NCBI GenBank assembly: GCA_018653365.1
Contig: JABIAG010000001.1
Location: 352,001 to 416,000, forward strand
DNA: 64,000 nt
Direction of reading: 5' to 3'
Source: Candidatus Woesearchaeota archaeon
GTDB taxonomy: Archaea > Nanobdellota > Nanobdellia > Woesearchaeales > JABIAG01
Below the pieces are notes generated by a model. That model was not told the DNA's origin, made no database searches, and saw only the letters and a program-made list of their open reading frames with translations. The position numbers were made by a program, and so were the translations under genes. This document shows positions 1 through 9,269 of this stretch, piece by piece (the stretch's first letter is position 1; the number at the start of each line of letters is the position of its first letter).

Positions 1-2541
1 CAAAACTTATCAACAAGATCATCTCCTCCAAAACACGCAATAACCTTAGTTGGACACACATCAACATTCTTGGCATCAATGCAAGCATATTATGCAGGAG
101 CGTTAGGGATGGCTTATGTGAATCTAGCTTTTGCACCATTTCTAGAAGGTATGTCGAGAACAAATGTTGGAAGAGTAAAAGAGGAAGTATTGGCCGCTCT
201 TGTAGGGGATCAGAGTTTGCATGGACGATTATCAAGCTATCTTGGTGCTGCTGAAGATTGGAAAAGAGTTTCTGGAGAGTTAGCTAATCGAAGTGTATCT
301 GATTCAGATTTAGAAACAATAGTGGGTTCGGTTTCAACAAAATTAGAGGGTAAACCAGAACTAGAACAATTTATGACTTTAGTTAATGATTATCGAGACA
401 TGCGAAGACAGGCAAAAGAACTGAATGCAATGTTAACAGACCCAACTCTTGTTGGAAGTTTAATGGAAGATATTCTTGAACGATTTGAGGGCAATGACGT
501 GTTATCAGACGAATTCCAACGATTAATGGTACAATATACTGACATGAAACAAATAGCGCAAAATTTTGTTTTTACACTATCACAATGCGCATTCTCTAGA
601 GGAAGTCAAACAATATTCACTGATGCAAACTTACATACTGGAGTGCCAACTGCACTGAAAGATATACCTATAGTAGTTCCAGGGGGAAGATATAGATTAA
701 TAGATAAAGAAACTGGAGAGACTGAAGATTTGCGAGCAAGAAAAGAACCAACAAGTAAAGATGGGTTCATATATACTGATTCCGAAGGAAATGTATTCTT
801 AGATGGTGAAGGAAATTTTAATTACAAACTTGCAAAAGAACAAGGAAGACGATTTGTAACTTATGGAGATTATGAAGAGACCTCACAAGAATTTCTAGAA
901 GCATTACTTGATGTTTACATGGAGGGAGATGAAATAGGAATGATGTTCCCATTCCCAAAATGTGACGTACATGTAGATGCCAATACCTTCAAACACGAAA
1001 GACAAAGACAACTATTAAGAAAAACATGTGAAGTGGCAGCTAAAAATTCAAGCGCATACTTTATCTTTGACAGAGATGCAGTAACCCTTGCTGCATGTTG
1101 CAGATTAAAAACTGCAGTAGACCCAAAAGCATTAGAACATCCCGAATCATTAAGATTTTGTGGATTCCAAAACGTAACCATAAACGTTCCACAAGCATCA
1201 TACCGAGCAGCAGAAGCTGGAAATTTAAATCTTGATGGAATTATTGATGAAGTTTTAGAAACCATGGAAACAGCACTTCAAGCTCATATCCAAAAAAGAG
1301 TAAAAACAGAAGAATTAATGCAACCAGGAGGACCATTGCACCAAATTGGAAAACCAAGCATGGATGGAAATCCTTATGTTGACTTAGATAAAGCAACATA
1401 CATAGTTGGAATGATTGGAGTAAATGACGCTGTCAAATTATTGACTGATTCTGAATTGCATGAAAATGAGGAATCAATGCAGGCAGGATTAGAGATCATT
1501 GCTGCAATGTATCAAAAAGCAAAAGAGATGAGTGAAAGAACAGGATGGAAAATTTCCCTAGAAGAAAGTCCTGCAGAAAGTGCAGCAAGAAACTTAGCAT
1601 TAAGAGACTTACGTCATCCTGTTTACGGAAAATACGCAAAACAGGTAATACAAGGAACTGAAGAGGACCCATACTATACAAACTCTGTACACCTAAGAGC
1701 AGATGCAAAAGATGTAGGCCCAATAGAAAGAATACAAAAACAATCAATGTTCCACCCAGTAATAGAATCTGGGGCAATTATCCATTTATTCACGGGCGAA
1801 GCAGATATAGATCCAGATGCATTATATGATTTAGTACAAAATATTTACGAAAATACACAATGTGCACAAATAACTGTATCTGGAACACATTCATTCTGTC
1901 CAGGATGTGGAACCCAAACAAGAGGAGAAGCGTTTGAATGTCCAAGATGTGGGACAGAAACAGATGTAATGCAAAAAGTTGTTGGATACAATTCTAAAAT
2001 GGTAAATTGGAATGGATCAAAACGAAGAGAATCAGAGGCAAGAGGAAGAGGAAGTTATGCTGCAGATGCATCTGAATGTATTGCAAAAGGAGACGATCTT
2101 GCTGAAGCATTAATACCCGGACAACCCGCAGTAAAAGCAGTAGTATATGGAATAAAACATCACCATCATTGTGACTGGTGTGAAGACCTGAATGATGCAG
2201 TAACCAAATTGGTAGGAAACAATTACAAAGGAAAAGTAGATGTAGAATTTGTAGATGTAACTGCACCAGGAGTAGAGGGAAGACAAAACTTAGCAAGAGC
2301 AATGCGAGCAGGTATAAATATGGGTACTACTCCCGGAGTGGGATTCGAATATAATACTGAAGGAATTCCTAGGCCCGTAGATACCGTGCGACCTTTAGAA
2401 ACAGAAAGTCTTGTACGACAAAATAGAGAAACTGGACACTTAGATGTGAAATATAAATTTCTAGACAAAGCCGGAGCTCCAAAAGTAAGAAAAGCACTTG
2501 ACGCGGTTCTTGCAGAAGCAGAAAGATATCTCACAACATAA
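1..2541 (+). CDS. nrdD: Anaerobic (class III) ribonucleoside-triphosphate reductase, 5'-truncated, with C-terminal thioredoxin/glutaredoxin-like domain
   Basis: Frame open from base 1 (QNLSTRSSPPKH...). Motifs: SRGSQT, FPFPK, AACCRL, LEESPAES, YYTNS, Zn site CPGC..CPRC, glycyl loop KVVGY. Extra C-terminal CDWC domain. Adjacent to nrdG. Confidence 0.95.
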   Translation, partial: QNLSTRSSPPKHAITLVGHTSTFLASMQAYYAGALGMAYVNLAFAPFLEGMSRTNVGRVKEEVLAALVGDQSLHGRLSSYLGAAEDWKRVSGELANRSVSDSDLETIVGSVSTKLEGKPELEQFMTLVNDYRDMRRQAKELNAMLTDPTLVGSLMEDILERFEGNDVLSDEFQRLMVQYTDMKQIAQNFVFTLSQCAFSRGSQTIFTDANLHTGVPTALKDIPIVVPGGRYRLIDKETGETEDLRARKEPTSKDGFIYTDSEGNVFLDGEGNFNYKLAKEQGRRFVTYGDYEETSQEFLEALLDVYMEGDEIGMMFPFPKCDVHVDANTFKHERQRQLLRKTCEVAAKNSSAYFIFDRDAVTLAACCRLKTAVDPKALEHPESLRFCGFQNVTINVPQASYRAAEAGNLNLDGIIDEVLETMETALQAHIQKRVKTEELMQPGGPLHQIGKPSMDGNPYVDLDKATYIVGMIGVNDAVKLLTDSELHENEESMQAGLEIIAAMYQKAKEMSERTGWKISLEESPAESAARNLALRDLRHPVYGKYAKQVIQGTEEDPYYTNSVHLRADAKDVGPIERIQKQSMFHPVIESGAIIHLFTGEADIDPDALYDLVQNIYENTQCAQITVSGTHSFCPGCGTQTRGEAFECPRCGTETDVMQKVVGYNSKMVNWNGSKRRESEARGRGSYAADASECIAKGDDLAEALIPGQPAVKAVVYGIKHHHHCDWCEDLNDAVTKLVGNNYKGKVDVEFVDVTAPGVEGRQNLARAMRAGINMGTTPGVGFEYNTEGIPRPVDTVRPLETESLVRQNRETGHLDVKYKFLDKAGAPKVRKALDAVLAEAERYLTT

Positions 2542-2542
2542 A

Positions 2543-3265
2543 ATGAATTTTGGTAACATATCTTCATCAGTGGATTTAGTCAGTTTCAGTAATGCAGAAG
2601 AACCCACAACAGTTCTATTTTATCAGGGATGCAATTTTGGGTGCGGGTATTGTCATAATAGCAACTTATGGCATGCCGAGGACGATACGCTAACTGAAAA
2701 AGGATTAAACGCAGTACTTTCAACTGCAAGAAGCAGATGGGTAAAGCTCGTGAACGTTTCTGGGGGAGAGCCAACAGAACAATTTGGTAATTTATGGGAT
2801 CTAACTGGTTATTTGAAACAACAAGGTTTTAAAGTAAAACTTGATACAAACGGAAGTCATCCCGAAGTTCTAGAAACCTTACTTGAATATGCTTTAGTAG
2901 ATTATGCTGCGATGGACATTAAAGGAACACTGGCACAGTATCCAGAAATAACTGGGTTTAGTGATGTTGAAAAAATAAGAAACTCAATAGAGTTAGTACA
3001 ATTTATGGGCAATCAAGGATTTGGTTACGAATTCAGAACAACAGCAGTTCCTGGCATTCATGGTGAATCGGAAATAAGGGAGATTGGGGAGATGTTACGC
3101 GGATCAAGAAGATATGCAATACAACAATTCAGACCTGATCTAGATGGGGGATGCTTAAACCCCCAATTTTGCAAGAAAGAATCCTATCCTGGTGAAACAT
3201 TAAGAGAGTTTGCAGAAGTAGTAAAAGACGATTTTGAAACAGTAATAGTTAGAGCAAGAGATTAG
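2543..3265 (+). CDS. nrdG: Anaerobic RNR activating enzyme (radical SAM)
   Basis: GCNFGCGYCHN, SGGEPT, KLDTNGS, YEFRTT. ATG at 2543 directly after the nrdD stop is preferred over the 2498 start. Confidence 0.93.
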   Translation: MNFGNISSSVDLVSFSNAEEPTTVLFYQGCNFGCGYCHNSNLWHAEDDTLTEKGLNAVLSTARSRWVKLVNVSGGEPTEQFGNLWDLTGYLKQQGFKVKLDTNGSHPEVLETLLEYALVDYAAMDIKGTLAQYPEITGFSDVEKIRNSIELVQFMGNQGFGYEFRTTAVPGIHGESEIREIGEMLRGSRRYAIQQFRPDLDGGCLNPQFCKKESYPGETLREFAEVVKDDFETVIVRARD

Positions 3266-3606
3266 AAAACACTTAAAGAACTAGTAATATCATCAATTTT
3301 TTCTTCTTTATCAGGACCAATACCCATACAGGTTTCAGTACCTGCTGGAACCTCAGTTAAGCCTGCATCACTAATCACACAAGTCTTCAAACCAGCATCT
3401 TTAGCAGCTTGTTCATACTTATGAAGTTCACCATCATTTTTAACTTTAAGAACAACTTTTTTAGCACCAAAACTGTTCCACTCTCGAACAAGATCATTAT
3501 CTGACTTCATAACACAATTAACAGCAGCATGAGCTACCTGAGCAGCCATTTTACCCGCAGACAATTTAATGTCTGTTCTTACCAAAATCACTTGTTTTAG
3601 TTCCAT
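3262..3606 (-). CDS. pth2: Peptidyl-tRNA hydrolase Pth2
   Basis: KQVILVRTD, GKMAAQVAHA, KKVVLKV, DAGLTEVPAGTETCMGIGP. Confidence 0.95.
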   Translation of the reverse strand: MELKQVILVRTDIKLSAGKMAAQVAHAAVNCVMKSDNDLVREWNSFGAKKVVLKVKNDGELHKYEQAAKDAGLKTCVISDAGLTEVPAGTETCMGIGPDKEEKIDDITSSLSVF

Positions 3607-3732
3607 AAAGCTATAGGTTTGAAAATGTATTTTTAAAGGTTTTTATTAAAAAGACAAATTATTGAGTTATTGACGTTTAACATATACTGTAAATTAGAAA
3701 GTTTTTTAAATAAACTCAAAAGGTAAATAGGT

Positions 3733-3927
3733 ATGGACGACGATTTTAACCCTGAAGAAAGTGAGGAGAATGTTTACTCAGAAGAAGGACGAGAAGGCTA
3801 CGTAGAAAGCGGTGAAATTTCAGCTGAAGAAGAAGCATTCATGAAAGGATATGAAGATGCGGAAGATGACAAAGACGATAAAGATGACAAAGAAGGCGAA
3901 GAAAATACCGACGAAGCCGAACAATAA
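3733..3927 (+). CDS. Small highly acidic protein of unknown function
   Basis: 64 aa, 30 Asp/Glu; TATA-like TTTTTAAATA upstream and T-tract after the stop. Confidence 0.75.
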   Translation: MDDDFNPEESEENVYSEEGREGYVESGEISAEEEAFMKGYEDAEDDKDDKDDKEGEENTDEAEQ

Positions 3928-3981
3928 TTCTTTTTTGCAAATATTTATAAATGTAGCTAGCTAATTTTTTAATGGATCAAA

Positions 3982-5640
3982 ATGGATTTTCAAAAAGAAA
4001 TTAAGAAAGCACTAAAAAAAGAGATAGGAAAGGAATTAGACCTAGAAATTCCACCAAATCCTGATTTAGGAGATTATGCAATTCCCTGTTTTATTCTAGC
4101 AAAACAATATAAAAAAGATCCTTCAGAAATAGCTAAAGAACTAGCGGATAAGTTAGAAATAAAAGAGGTAAGAATAAATGCAACCGGACCTTATCTAAAT
4201 TTTTTTGTTGATAAATCAACAACAGCAAAAAACGTCTTATCAGAAATATTCAAACAAGAGGATTATGGAAGTGGAAGTAAAAAGAAAGAAACAATAGTAA
4301 TAGACTTTTCTGCGCCAAATGTCGCAAAACATATGGGCATACATAATTTAAGATCTACAGTTATAGGGCATGCCCTAAGTAATACTTACAAATATCTTGG
4401 ATATAATGTAATTGGAGTAAATCATCTGGGAGACTGGGGAACCAATTTTGGACAATTAATTGTAGGAATAAAAAAACATTCTTCATTAAGTAAAATAAAA
4501 AACGTACAAGATTTAAACAAAATTTATGTACAATTTCATAAAGATGTAAAAAAACATCCAGAAATGGAACAACAAGCAAGAGACGAATTTGTAAATTTAG
4601 AAAATAAAAAACCAGAGGCAAAAAAGTACTGGCAAAAATTTGTTAATGTCTCTTTGAAAGACTATGATAAAATATATGATAGATTGGGCGTTAAATTTGA
4701 ATCTACAAAAGGGGAATCAGAATACACAAGACTAGTTAATGGTGCAATTAAACTATTAGAACAAAAAAAACTAACCAAAATAAGTGATGGAGCACTAGTG
4801 GCAGATGTTGGAAAAGACATGCCTCCTTGTTTGCTAAAAAAAACAGACGGATCGACTTTATACGGGTCAAGAGACATCGCAGCAGGTATGTTTCGATTAA
4901 AAAAATATTCTCCAAACAAAATTTTGTATGTTGTTGATGTAGCTCAATCATTACATTTTAAACAATGGTTCAAGGTAATGGAAAAGTTAAACAAAAAAAA
5001 TAAAACAATATTTGAACATATAGTGTTTGGAAGATTAAGTTTTAAAGATGGAACTATGTCAACAAGAAAAGGAAAAGTAGTAATCTTAGAAGATGTGTTA
5101 GATAAGGCTGCAAAAAAATCATTACAAATAATAAAAGAAAAAAATCCAAAACTGAAAAATAAAGCCAAGGTAGCAGAAAAAGTGGGAGTTGGCGCGGTAA
5201 TTTTTAGTGATTTATTTAATGATAGAATTCATAACATAACTTTTGATTGGGACAAAGTACTTGATTTTGAGGGATCAACAGGTCCGTACATTCAATACGC
5301 ATATGCAAGATGTAATTCAATACTAAAAAAATATGATAAAAAAATTGATGACAAAATAGCGTTTGAATTACTAAACGAAGATGCAGAATCAGCATTACTC
5401 AAAATGCTACAATTATTTCCAGAAGTAGTAGAAAGTGTAATCAAAGATAACAAACCATCCTTATTAGCAAAATACTCAGTAAAACTAGCACAAACATTCA
5501 ATAACTTCTATAGTGCTTGCCATGTAATCACAGAGGATGAAGAGTTAACAAAAGCAAGATCATTACTAGTTCATTGCACAAAAAAAGTTCTAGAAAAAGG
5601 ATTAACTTTATTAGGAATAAGCGCACCTTCAGAGATGTGA
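3982..5640 (+). CDS. argS: Arginine--tRNA ligase
   Basis: IDFSAPNVAKHMGIHNLRS (HIGH variant), NHLGDWG, MSTRKG, GPYIQYAYAR, C-terminal PSEM. Confidence 0.97.
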   Translation: MDFQKEIKKALKKEIGKELDLEIPPNPDLGDYAIPCFILAKQYKKDPSEIAKELADKLEIKEVRINATGPYLNFFVDKSTTAKNVLSEIFKQEDYGSGSKKKETIVIDFSAPNVAKHMGIHNLRSTVIGHALSNTYKYLGYNVIGVNHLGDWGTNFGQLIVGIKKHSSLSKIKNVQDLNKIYVQFHKDVKKHPEMEQQARDEFVNLENKKPEAKKYWQKFVNVSLKDYDKIYDRLGVKFESTKGESEYTRLVNGAIKLLEQKKLTKISDGALVADVGKDMPPCLLKKTDGSTLYGSRDIAAGMFRLKKYSPNKILYVVDVAQSLHFKQWFKVMEKLNKKNKTIFEHIVFGRLSFKDGTMSTRKGKVVILEDVLDKAAKKSLQIIKEKNPKLKNKAKVAEKVGVGAVIFSDLFNDRIHNITFDWDKVLDFEGSTGPYIQYAYARCNSILKKYDKKIDDKIAFELLNEDAESALLKMLQLFPEVVESVIKDNKPSLLAKYSVKLAQTFNNFYSACHVITEDEELTKARSLLVHCTKKVLEKGLTLLGISAPSEM

Positions 5641-6416
5641 TAATTAAAATTCCACTTTATGCTGGCGGCCTAGGAAAAACAAACGGGGTAGAGAAAGCTC
5701 CAGACAAAATCTTAGAAAAACTAAAAGAATTGAATTGTAATGAAGACGGATTTAAAGCACCATTAAACGAACTCGAAATCCAAATTGATAACTCAAATAT
5801 TGAAGCTAGTCAAAAAACCATTGAAGAAGAAATGAAAAAAGCCTTCACTAATTATCCTTGTCCAATAATTATTGGGGGAGATCACTCTATTACCTATGCC
5901 ACATTTAAAGCATTTAACCAAGAAAATTGTGGATTATTAATATTTGATGCACATCCTGATTTGATGCAAGAATTTGATCCTGCAACACACGAAAATTACT
6001 TACGAAACTTAGTTCGAGATGGTTTAGATCCTTCTAACATAATCCTTGTGGGAACAAGAAATCAAGATGCAGAAGAACTGAATTTCATAGCTCAAAATAA
6101 AATAAAAAACTTTAACATGAAAAAAATAAGTTACATGGGAAAAGAAGAGGTGTGCGACGCGATTATGGAAACCTGTAATAAGTTTGATAAAGTATACCTC
6201 TCAATAGATATAGATGCAGTAGATCCATCATTCGCACCAGGAACAGGACACTGTGAACCCGGCGGGTTAACATCACGCGAATTATTATACTTCTTACACC
6301 GATTGAAGAATTTAAAGAACATTAAGGCAATAGATTTAGTGGAGATCAATCCAGAAAAAGAAGAACGCCTAACTATTGGATTAGGAGCTAAAATAGTTAA
6401 CGAAATGATGAATTGA
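5637..6416 (+). CDS. Arginase/agmatinase family (ureohydrolase)
   Basis: GGDHSIT, DAHPD, SIDIDAVDPSFAPGTG, DLVEINP; GTG start overlapping the argS stop (GTGA). Confidence 0.92.
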   Translation: MIIKIPLYAGGLGKTNGVEKAPDKILEKLKELNCNEDGFKAPLNELEIQIDNSNIEASQKTIEEEMKKAFTNYPCPIIIGGDHSITYATFKAFNQENCGLLIFDAHPDLMQEFDPATHENYLRNLVRDGLDPSNIILVGTRNQDAEELNFIAQNKIKNFNMKKISYMGKEEVCDAIMETCNKFDKVYLSIDIDAVDPSFAPGTGHCEPGGLTSRELLYFLHRLKNLKNIKAIDLVEINPEKEERLTIGLGAKIVNEMMN

Positions 6417-6455
6417 ACATAAATCTTTAAAAAAAGGTCTTTGTTACTACTTTAA

Positions 6456-8159
6456 ATGGGGGATGAATCTTTGTCGGGAATGAACGCTTCAGTACAACAA
6501 ACATATATTTCTTTAGATGAAAGAGCAGAACAAGTCTATCATAGTATTCTAGAAGGAAGTCCCGAGTTTGCATTGTGGATAACAACTCCAAAACAAATAA
6601 CCTTTAATGATGAACAAAAGATGCAGATATTATTCTCAAATGCGTTAACAGCAGAAATGGCTTTGAAACGTTATGAGGAAGCATTAAGTGCAGCAGCAAG
6701 AAGAACAGGGAACTTTTCAGGAATGGATGTGCCGAGAGTTAGTAAGCTATGTTATGATGCAATAGCACCAAAAGCTGATGAAACAGTTCCTGAGCCAAAA
6801 CCTCGAAGAAAAAGTGAAATAAGTGCAGAAGGCCATTATGCTAACACCGATTTTGAAGCGGCATTAGCAAAACTAACTGTGAGAGGTGCAATAGACCGAT
6901 CAGAATACTTTCGTGGTGATTATAATGGAAGAGCATTTGCAAAGGGTATGGCCGTAATAGATAGTTTAAGATCAAAAAAAGCCATACGAAGAGCACTAAG
7001 AATCGTTGGCGATAACAGTTCAGGAAAAACAACTCTTCTAATGTACCTTGCGACCGTAGCAATAGAACATGGATTGACTCCTTTTTATTTAGATTTAGTG
7101 TACTTAGCAGATCAATATGATGCAATGGCAAAAAGTCCAACTAAGCCAACAAAAGAAGACTGGGCAAAGGTGAATTACAGTCCACAAGCACAAGCAGCAG
7201 ATCTGATCTTATTAGATGGTTGGGAAGGAATAATGAAAAAAGGGGATCCTAAAACAAATCAGGGGGCTCAAAGAAAAGCCCTTGAACTAACTAATGCAGG
7301 TTTAAGTAGAGGAAAAGGAGTTGTAATGGCATATTCCGGAGATGTGGCAAGCTGGGTTAAAATGATTGAAGGATTAAAAATTTTGGGAACCCAACAACCT
7401 GATGAACATTTTAGACATCTGTCAGCAAGAATGTCACGAGCAAGTCGCGCTGAATTACGTTATCCTTCTGTAGAAGAGAGACCTGATTTTATAAAAGATG
7501 CAATCCTTTCACTTACTGCAAGATGTAACGGACAATTAGATGAAGTTGCAGCACATTTGGACGGGATTTTAGGAAGAAATGCTGATCCTGGAACAATCAT
7601 GGCAAATGTGGAAGATCTAGTGGACGAAGCAGATGATGAAGATTGTGAAATAGACTTAGAATTTATCAAAGCAATATTGGGTGATGATCCAATCTTGGTG
7701 GAAGTCCCAGGACAAAGAGAGGATGCTATAAATGCATTAGTATTTAGAACAGCTTTAGACGCTATAGGTTTACCAAAAAGTTATGTGACTGGGAAAGGAC
7801 GAGAACCTACAAGAGTGAGAGCAAGAAATATGTTGTTAGCAGCAAGAAAAGCCTATACTGGTATGACTACTGCCGAACTAGTAGATGATTTACCAATAGG
7901 AAGAGCAACAGTAACACATAGTTTGAATAGTGTGGAAGAACAAGTGGGGGCAAATGACTTAGATGGATTCTTAACTCACATAGGTGCAACTCTTTTCGCA
8001 GCAGGATATAAAGATGTAGAACGAAAACCAATAACTCCTGGAAAAAGAGATAAAAAACAACCAGCTACACAAACAAAACCAGTTAATGCAGGGTCTGGCG
8101 ATCTTGGATTGAGTGGAAATGTTTCAGATGTTAAGGGAGGAAGTATTTTTCGTCGTTAA
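6456..8159 (+). CDS. dnaA: Divergent homolog of bacterial replication initiator DnaA (domains I, II, AAA+ III, HTH IV)
   Basis: Domain I-like EFALWI..N..KRY; YFRGDYN..A (cf. FVxGxxN); Walker A GDNSSGKT; DLILLD; HLSARM (Arg finger); IDLEFIKAIL; domain IV-like GKGREPTRVRARNM...TVTHS. Confidence 0.8.
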   Translation: MGDESLSGMNASVQQTYISLDERAEQVYHSILEGSPEFALWITTPKQITFNDEQKMQILFSNALTAEMALKRYEEALSAAARRTGNFSGMDVPRVSKLCYDAIAPKADETVPEPKPRRKSEISAEGHYANTDFEAALAKLTVRGAIDRSEYFRGDYNGRAFAKGMAVIDSLRSKKAIRRALRIVGDNSSGKTTLLMYLATVAIEHGLTPFYLDLVYLADQYDAMAKSPTKPTKEDWAKVNYSPQAQAADLILLDGWEGIMKKGDPKTNQGAQRKALELTNAGLSRGKGVVMAYSGDVASWVKMIEGLKILGTQQPDEHFRHLSARMSRASRAELRYPSVEERPDFIKDAILSLTARCNGQLDEVAAHLDGILGRNADPGTIMANVEDLVDEADDEDCEIDLEFIKAILGDDPILVEVPGQREDAINALVFRTALDAIGLPKSYVTGKGREPTRVRARNMLLAARKAYTGMTTAELVDDLPIGRATVTHSLNSVEEQVGANDLDGFLTHIGATLFAAGYKDVERKPITPGKRDKKQPATQTKPVNAGSGDLGLSGNVSDVKGGSIFRR

Positions 8160-8214
8160 TCAAAAAGTTTACCAATTAGTTAAATTTAAATAAATTCAAT
8201 ATATTTTCTAATTT

Positions 8215-9183
8215 ATGTATACGAAATATCTTTTTTTAGTGATGTTATTGCTTTGTATAAGTTTTGTTACAGCAGCTGAGAACGCCAATGTATTTCTTAG
8301 TTTGAAAGAGGCAACAACTAATATCGATATTAACAAAGTGGTTGTTTACATAGAAGAAAATGAACAGGTCATGAATAAATATGTTCCTAAAGGAGAAATT
8401 CTAAAATTAAGTCTAGAAAATGGCGAACACCATGTTACAATCAAAGTTGATGACCTAACAACCGAAGGAATAGACTATTTTGCTAAAACACAATTAACAG
8501 TACAAACAAGTCTGATTGAGGGAGTGTTTCTTTACTCTGTAGGTTCATTAAGAGGAATAGTAAAAGACGAACTTGATAATGTAATACCAAATGCTGAAAT
8601 AAAAATCGAATGCGGTTCAGATTATGGATTAAACTTACCTACAAAAGCCGATTCTTTTGGCACATTTAATACCGAAGTACCAATCGGGAACTGTAAGGTT
8701 TTTGCCCGGTCTGAAGAAGCAGTTAGCATGCAAGAATTTGAGGTAAGTAAGGGAGATGTGATTGATCTAGAACTAAATTTGGACAAAGTAAAAAAAGAAA
8801 AATCAAACCTGCTTGCCTGGAGTTTGATTATCTTGCTTGTAGTTATAATTGTTATCTTTCGGTGGAAACCGATTAAGAAAAAAACAAAAAAACCTGAAAC
8901 GATCATTAAAAAAGAGGTAAAATTAGTAGAACGATCAAAAGATGTATACAACACCTTAAAAGAAAAAGAAAAAGAAATAATTGACTTCATATTAGAGAGT
9001 AAGGGAAGTACAACCCAAGCAAAAATACACTATGGCACTGGAATTCCAAAAGCATCATTATTTAGATATGTACAATCATTAGAACAAAAAAATGTTATTC
9101 AAACACAAAAAATTGGAAAGGTAAAAAAAATCAGGTTTACCGACTGGTTTTTAGGTAAAAACACTTCTGAAAACGAACAATAG
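8215..9183 (+). CDS. Membrane-anchored protein with extracellular beta domains and cytoplasmic C-terminal winged HTH
   Basis: Signal peptide, carboxypeptidase-regulatory-like beta region, one TM helix, then wHTH (TTQAKIHYGTGIPKASLFRYVQSLEQKNVI). Confidence 0.8.
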   Translation: MYTKYLFLVMLLLCISFVTAAENANVFLSLKEATTNIDINKVVVYIEENEQVMNKYVPKGEILKLSLENGEHHVTIKVDDLTTEGIDYFAKTQLTVQTSLIEGVFLYSVGSLRGIVKDELDNVIPNAEIKIECGSDYGLNLPTKADSFGTFNTEVPIGNCKVFARSEEAVSMQEFEVSKGDVIDLELNLDKVKKEKSNLLAWSLIILLVVIIVIFRWKPIKKKTKKPETIIKKEVKLVERSKDVYNTLKEKEKEIIDFILESKGSTTQAKIHYGTGIPKASLFRYVQSLEQKNVIQTQKIGKVKKIRFTDWFLGKNTSENEQ

Positions 9184-9230
9184 TTCCACATCGTTCCAAT
9201 CGTTCCACTCAACCTATTTATATAGTTCCA
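9175..9230 (+). promoter_or_regulatory. GTTCCA repeat array around the TATA box of the 9270 gene
   Basis: GTTCCA at 9183, 9193, 9202 and 9225; TTTATATA at 9217-9224. Confidence 0.55.
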
Positions 9231-9269
9231 CCTTTCTAATTTTTATTAAAAATTGTGAGGTTAATCAAA

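Noticed and set aside
157-534. Intein in nrdD
   Set aside because: The insertion lacks intein N-terminal and HN/C-terminal blocks; it looks like helical repeats
9181-9230. GTTCCA repeats as archaeal ORB origin elements or a CRISPR remnant
   Set aside because: No GAAA core or G-string, no cdc6 or cas genes nearby, and the spacing is far too short for spacers
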